A stretch of 62,415 bases of DNA, filler included, from Nitrospinota bacterium (GTDB lineage Bacteria > JAUXIQ01), in NCBI GenBank assembly GCA_030620925.1. It is 11 parts of 11 records of this genome, joined end to end, with 100 filler letters (N's around TTAATTAATTAA, not from the genome) between each part and the next. Parts side by side here need not be neighbours in the genome. Positions count along the whole stretch, not along the records: positions 59,563 to 62,415 come from JAUXIQ010000396.1; 10 more parts are not named here. One strand, 5' to 3'. The notes under the pieces are model-generated. The model had not been told where the DNA came from, did not search any database, and was given only the letters and a program-made list of their open reading frames with translations. Below, piece after piece: positions 61,050 to 62,415 of this stretch (position 1 is the stretch's first letter; each line of letters opens with the position of its first letter). The position numbers were made by a program, and so were the translations under genes.

Positions 61050-61068
61050 TAGTTTATATGGTGACCCA

Positions 61069-62406
61069 ATGGATTTGTTTGAACGCCCCCGCACGCTCGA
61101 AGCAAAAAAAGATGCTCCTCTGGCCGATCGGATGAGGCCTGGCAGCCTGGACGACTTTTTCGGGCAAAAGCACCTTTTGGGACATGGCAGCGTGTTGCGC
61201 TCAGCCATAGAAAGCGGCGAAGTATGTTCTCTCCTTCTCTGGGGCCCTCCGGGGACGGGCAAAACAACTCTCGCTCATATCATAGCCAAAAGCTCCAACT
61301 ATCACTTCGTCTCTTTCAGTGCGGTTACCTCAGGAATTAAAGAGATAAAACAGGTGATACAGGAAGCGGCCGCACAAAAAAGCCTTACCCGTCAAAAAAC
61401 TCTCCTTTTCATAGATGAGATACATCGATTTAACAAGGCCCAGCAAGATGCGTTCCTGCCCCACATTGAAAATGGCACCATTACCTTTGTTGGCGCCACC
61501 ACTGAAAACCCCTCTTTCGAAGTTGTGGCCCCGCTTCTTTCTCGTGCCAGGGTTGTCGTGTTAGAGCTTTTGGACCAGGACGATCTGCTTGCCATTCTCC
61601 ATCGCGCCCTGGCGGACGAGAAGAAGGGCATGGGAAAGCACACGATTGAGATAGACCCTCGGGCCTTACGGCACATAGCCCGCTACTCTCATGGAGACGC
61701 GCGCGTCGCCTTAAATGCCCTGGAGCTCGTCGTGCTCACCACGACCCCTGACGCCAAAGGGCAGCGGACCATCTCTCTGGCCCAGGCAGAAGAGGCCATG
61801 CAAAAAAAATCGCTCCTCTATGACAAGGACGGCGAGGAGCACTACAATCTCATCTCTGCGCTTCATAAGAGCATGCGAGGAAGCGATCCGGACGCAGCCC
61901 TCTACTGGCTGGCCAGAATGCTGGAAGCGGGGGAGGACCCGCTTTATCTGGCCCGCAGGATGGTGCGTTTTGCATCAGAAGATATCGGCAACGCAGATCC
62001 CCGGGCTCTGCAGGTGGCCATTTCCGCCAAGGAAGCATTCCATTTTATAGGATTGCCCGAAGGCAAGCTGGCGCTTGCCCAGGCCGCAGCGTATCTCGCC
62101 ACCGCGCCAAAGAGTAACGCCATCTATACCGCCTATGCGTCCGCCCAGAAAGACGTCAAGCGGGAAGGGGCCCTGCCGGTTCCTCTCCACATAAGAAATG
62201 CCCCTACCGAATTAATGGGAAAGCTGGGCTACGGGAAGGAGTACCGCTATGCTCATCACTATTCCAATGCATACGTTAAGCAAGACTATCTTCCGGAGAA
62301 ACTGCTGGGGAGGACCTACTATCGTCCCAGCGAAAGAGGATTTGAAAAGATCATAAAAGAACGGTTGCAAAAGTGGAAGGGAGAAAGCAAAAAGAAACCC
62401 GAGTGA
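61069..62406 (+). CDS. rarA: Replication-associated recombination protein A
   Basis: PLADRMRP, GPPGTGKT, DEIHRFNKAQQD, ISALHKSMRGSD, HIRNAPT. Confidence 0.95.
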   Translation: MDLFERPRTLEAKKDAPLADRMRPGSLDDFFGQKHLLGHGSVLRSAIESGEVCSLLLWGPPGTGKTTLAHIIAKSSNYHFVSFSAVTSGIKEIKQVIQEAAAQKSLTRQKTLLFIDEIHRFNKAQQDAFLPHIENGTITFVGATTENPSFEVVAPLLSRARVVVLELLDQDDLLAILHRALADEKKGMGKHTIEIDPRALRHIARYSHGDARVALNALELVVLTTTPDAKGQRTISLAQAEEAMQKKSLLYDKDGEEHYNLISALHKSMRGSDPDAALYWLARMLEAGEDPLYLARRMVRFASEDIGNADPRALQVAISAKEAFHFIGLPEGKLALAQAAAYLATAPKSNAIYTAYASAQKDVKREGALPVPLHIRNAPTELMGKLGYGKEYRYAHHYSNAYVKQDYLPEKLLGRTYYRPSERGFEKIIKERLQKWKGESKKKPE

Positions 62407-62415
62407 ACGATTAAC

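Noticed and set aside
1-62415. tRNA, rRNA, tmRNA or known riboswitches
   Set aside because: No recognisable cloverleaf, rRNA or riboswitch consensus found by eye; a covariance-model scan would be needed to exclude them.

Overview
This window is not one continuous locus. It is 11 assembly contigs joined by identical artificial 100-nt spacers (44 N + TTAATTAATTAA + 44 N), so gene adjacency is only meaningful within a contig. The organism is a diderm (LPS-making) bacterium; gene order and content look Desulfobacterota/Nitrospinota-like, which is an inference. Contig 1 (1-23975) carries prfB with a +1 programmed frameshift, lysS, and a large envelope cluster (lolC/E, lolD, clpC, bamA, skp, lpxD, fabZ, lpxA, gnnA-like, lpxI, lpxB, DUF374/lpxJ-like, waaA, lpxK, convergent lptFG). 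The short contigs carry housekeeping genes (trmFO, hslU, ftsY, mutL, guaB, nrdJ, queH, mgtE, recN, nadK, rarA) and many acyl-CoA/beta-oxidation-type catabolic genes. Best leads: (1) an in-frame fusion of a complete XerC-like recombinase to a complete HslV protease, suggesting a self-cleaving polyprotein; (2) a ~62-bp element repeated in the 5' leaders of two DNA-repair genes, recN and rarA; (3) REP-like palindrome clusters carrying a nested 17-bp TCCCGC-N5-GCGGGA mini-hairpin with a variable loop. All calls come from reading motifs by eye; no database searches were run.
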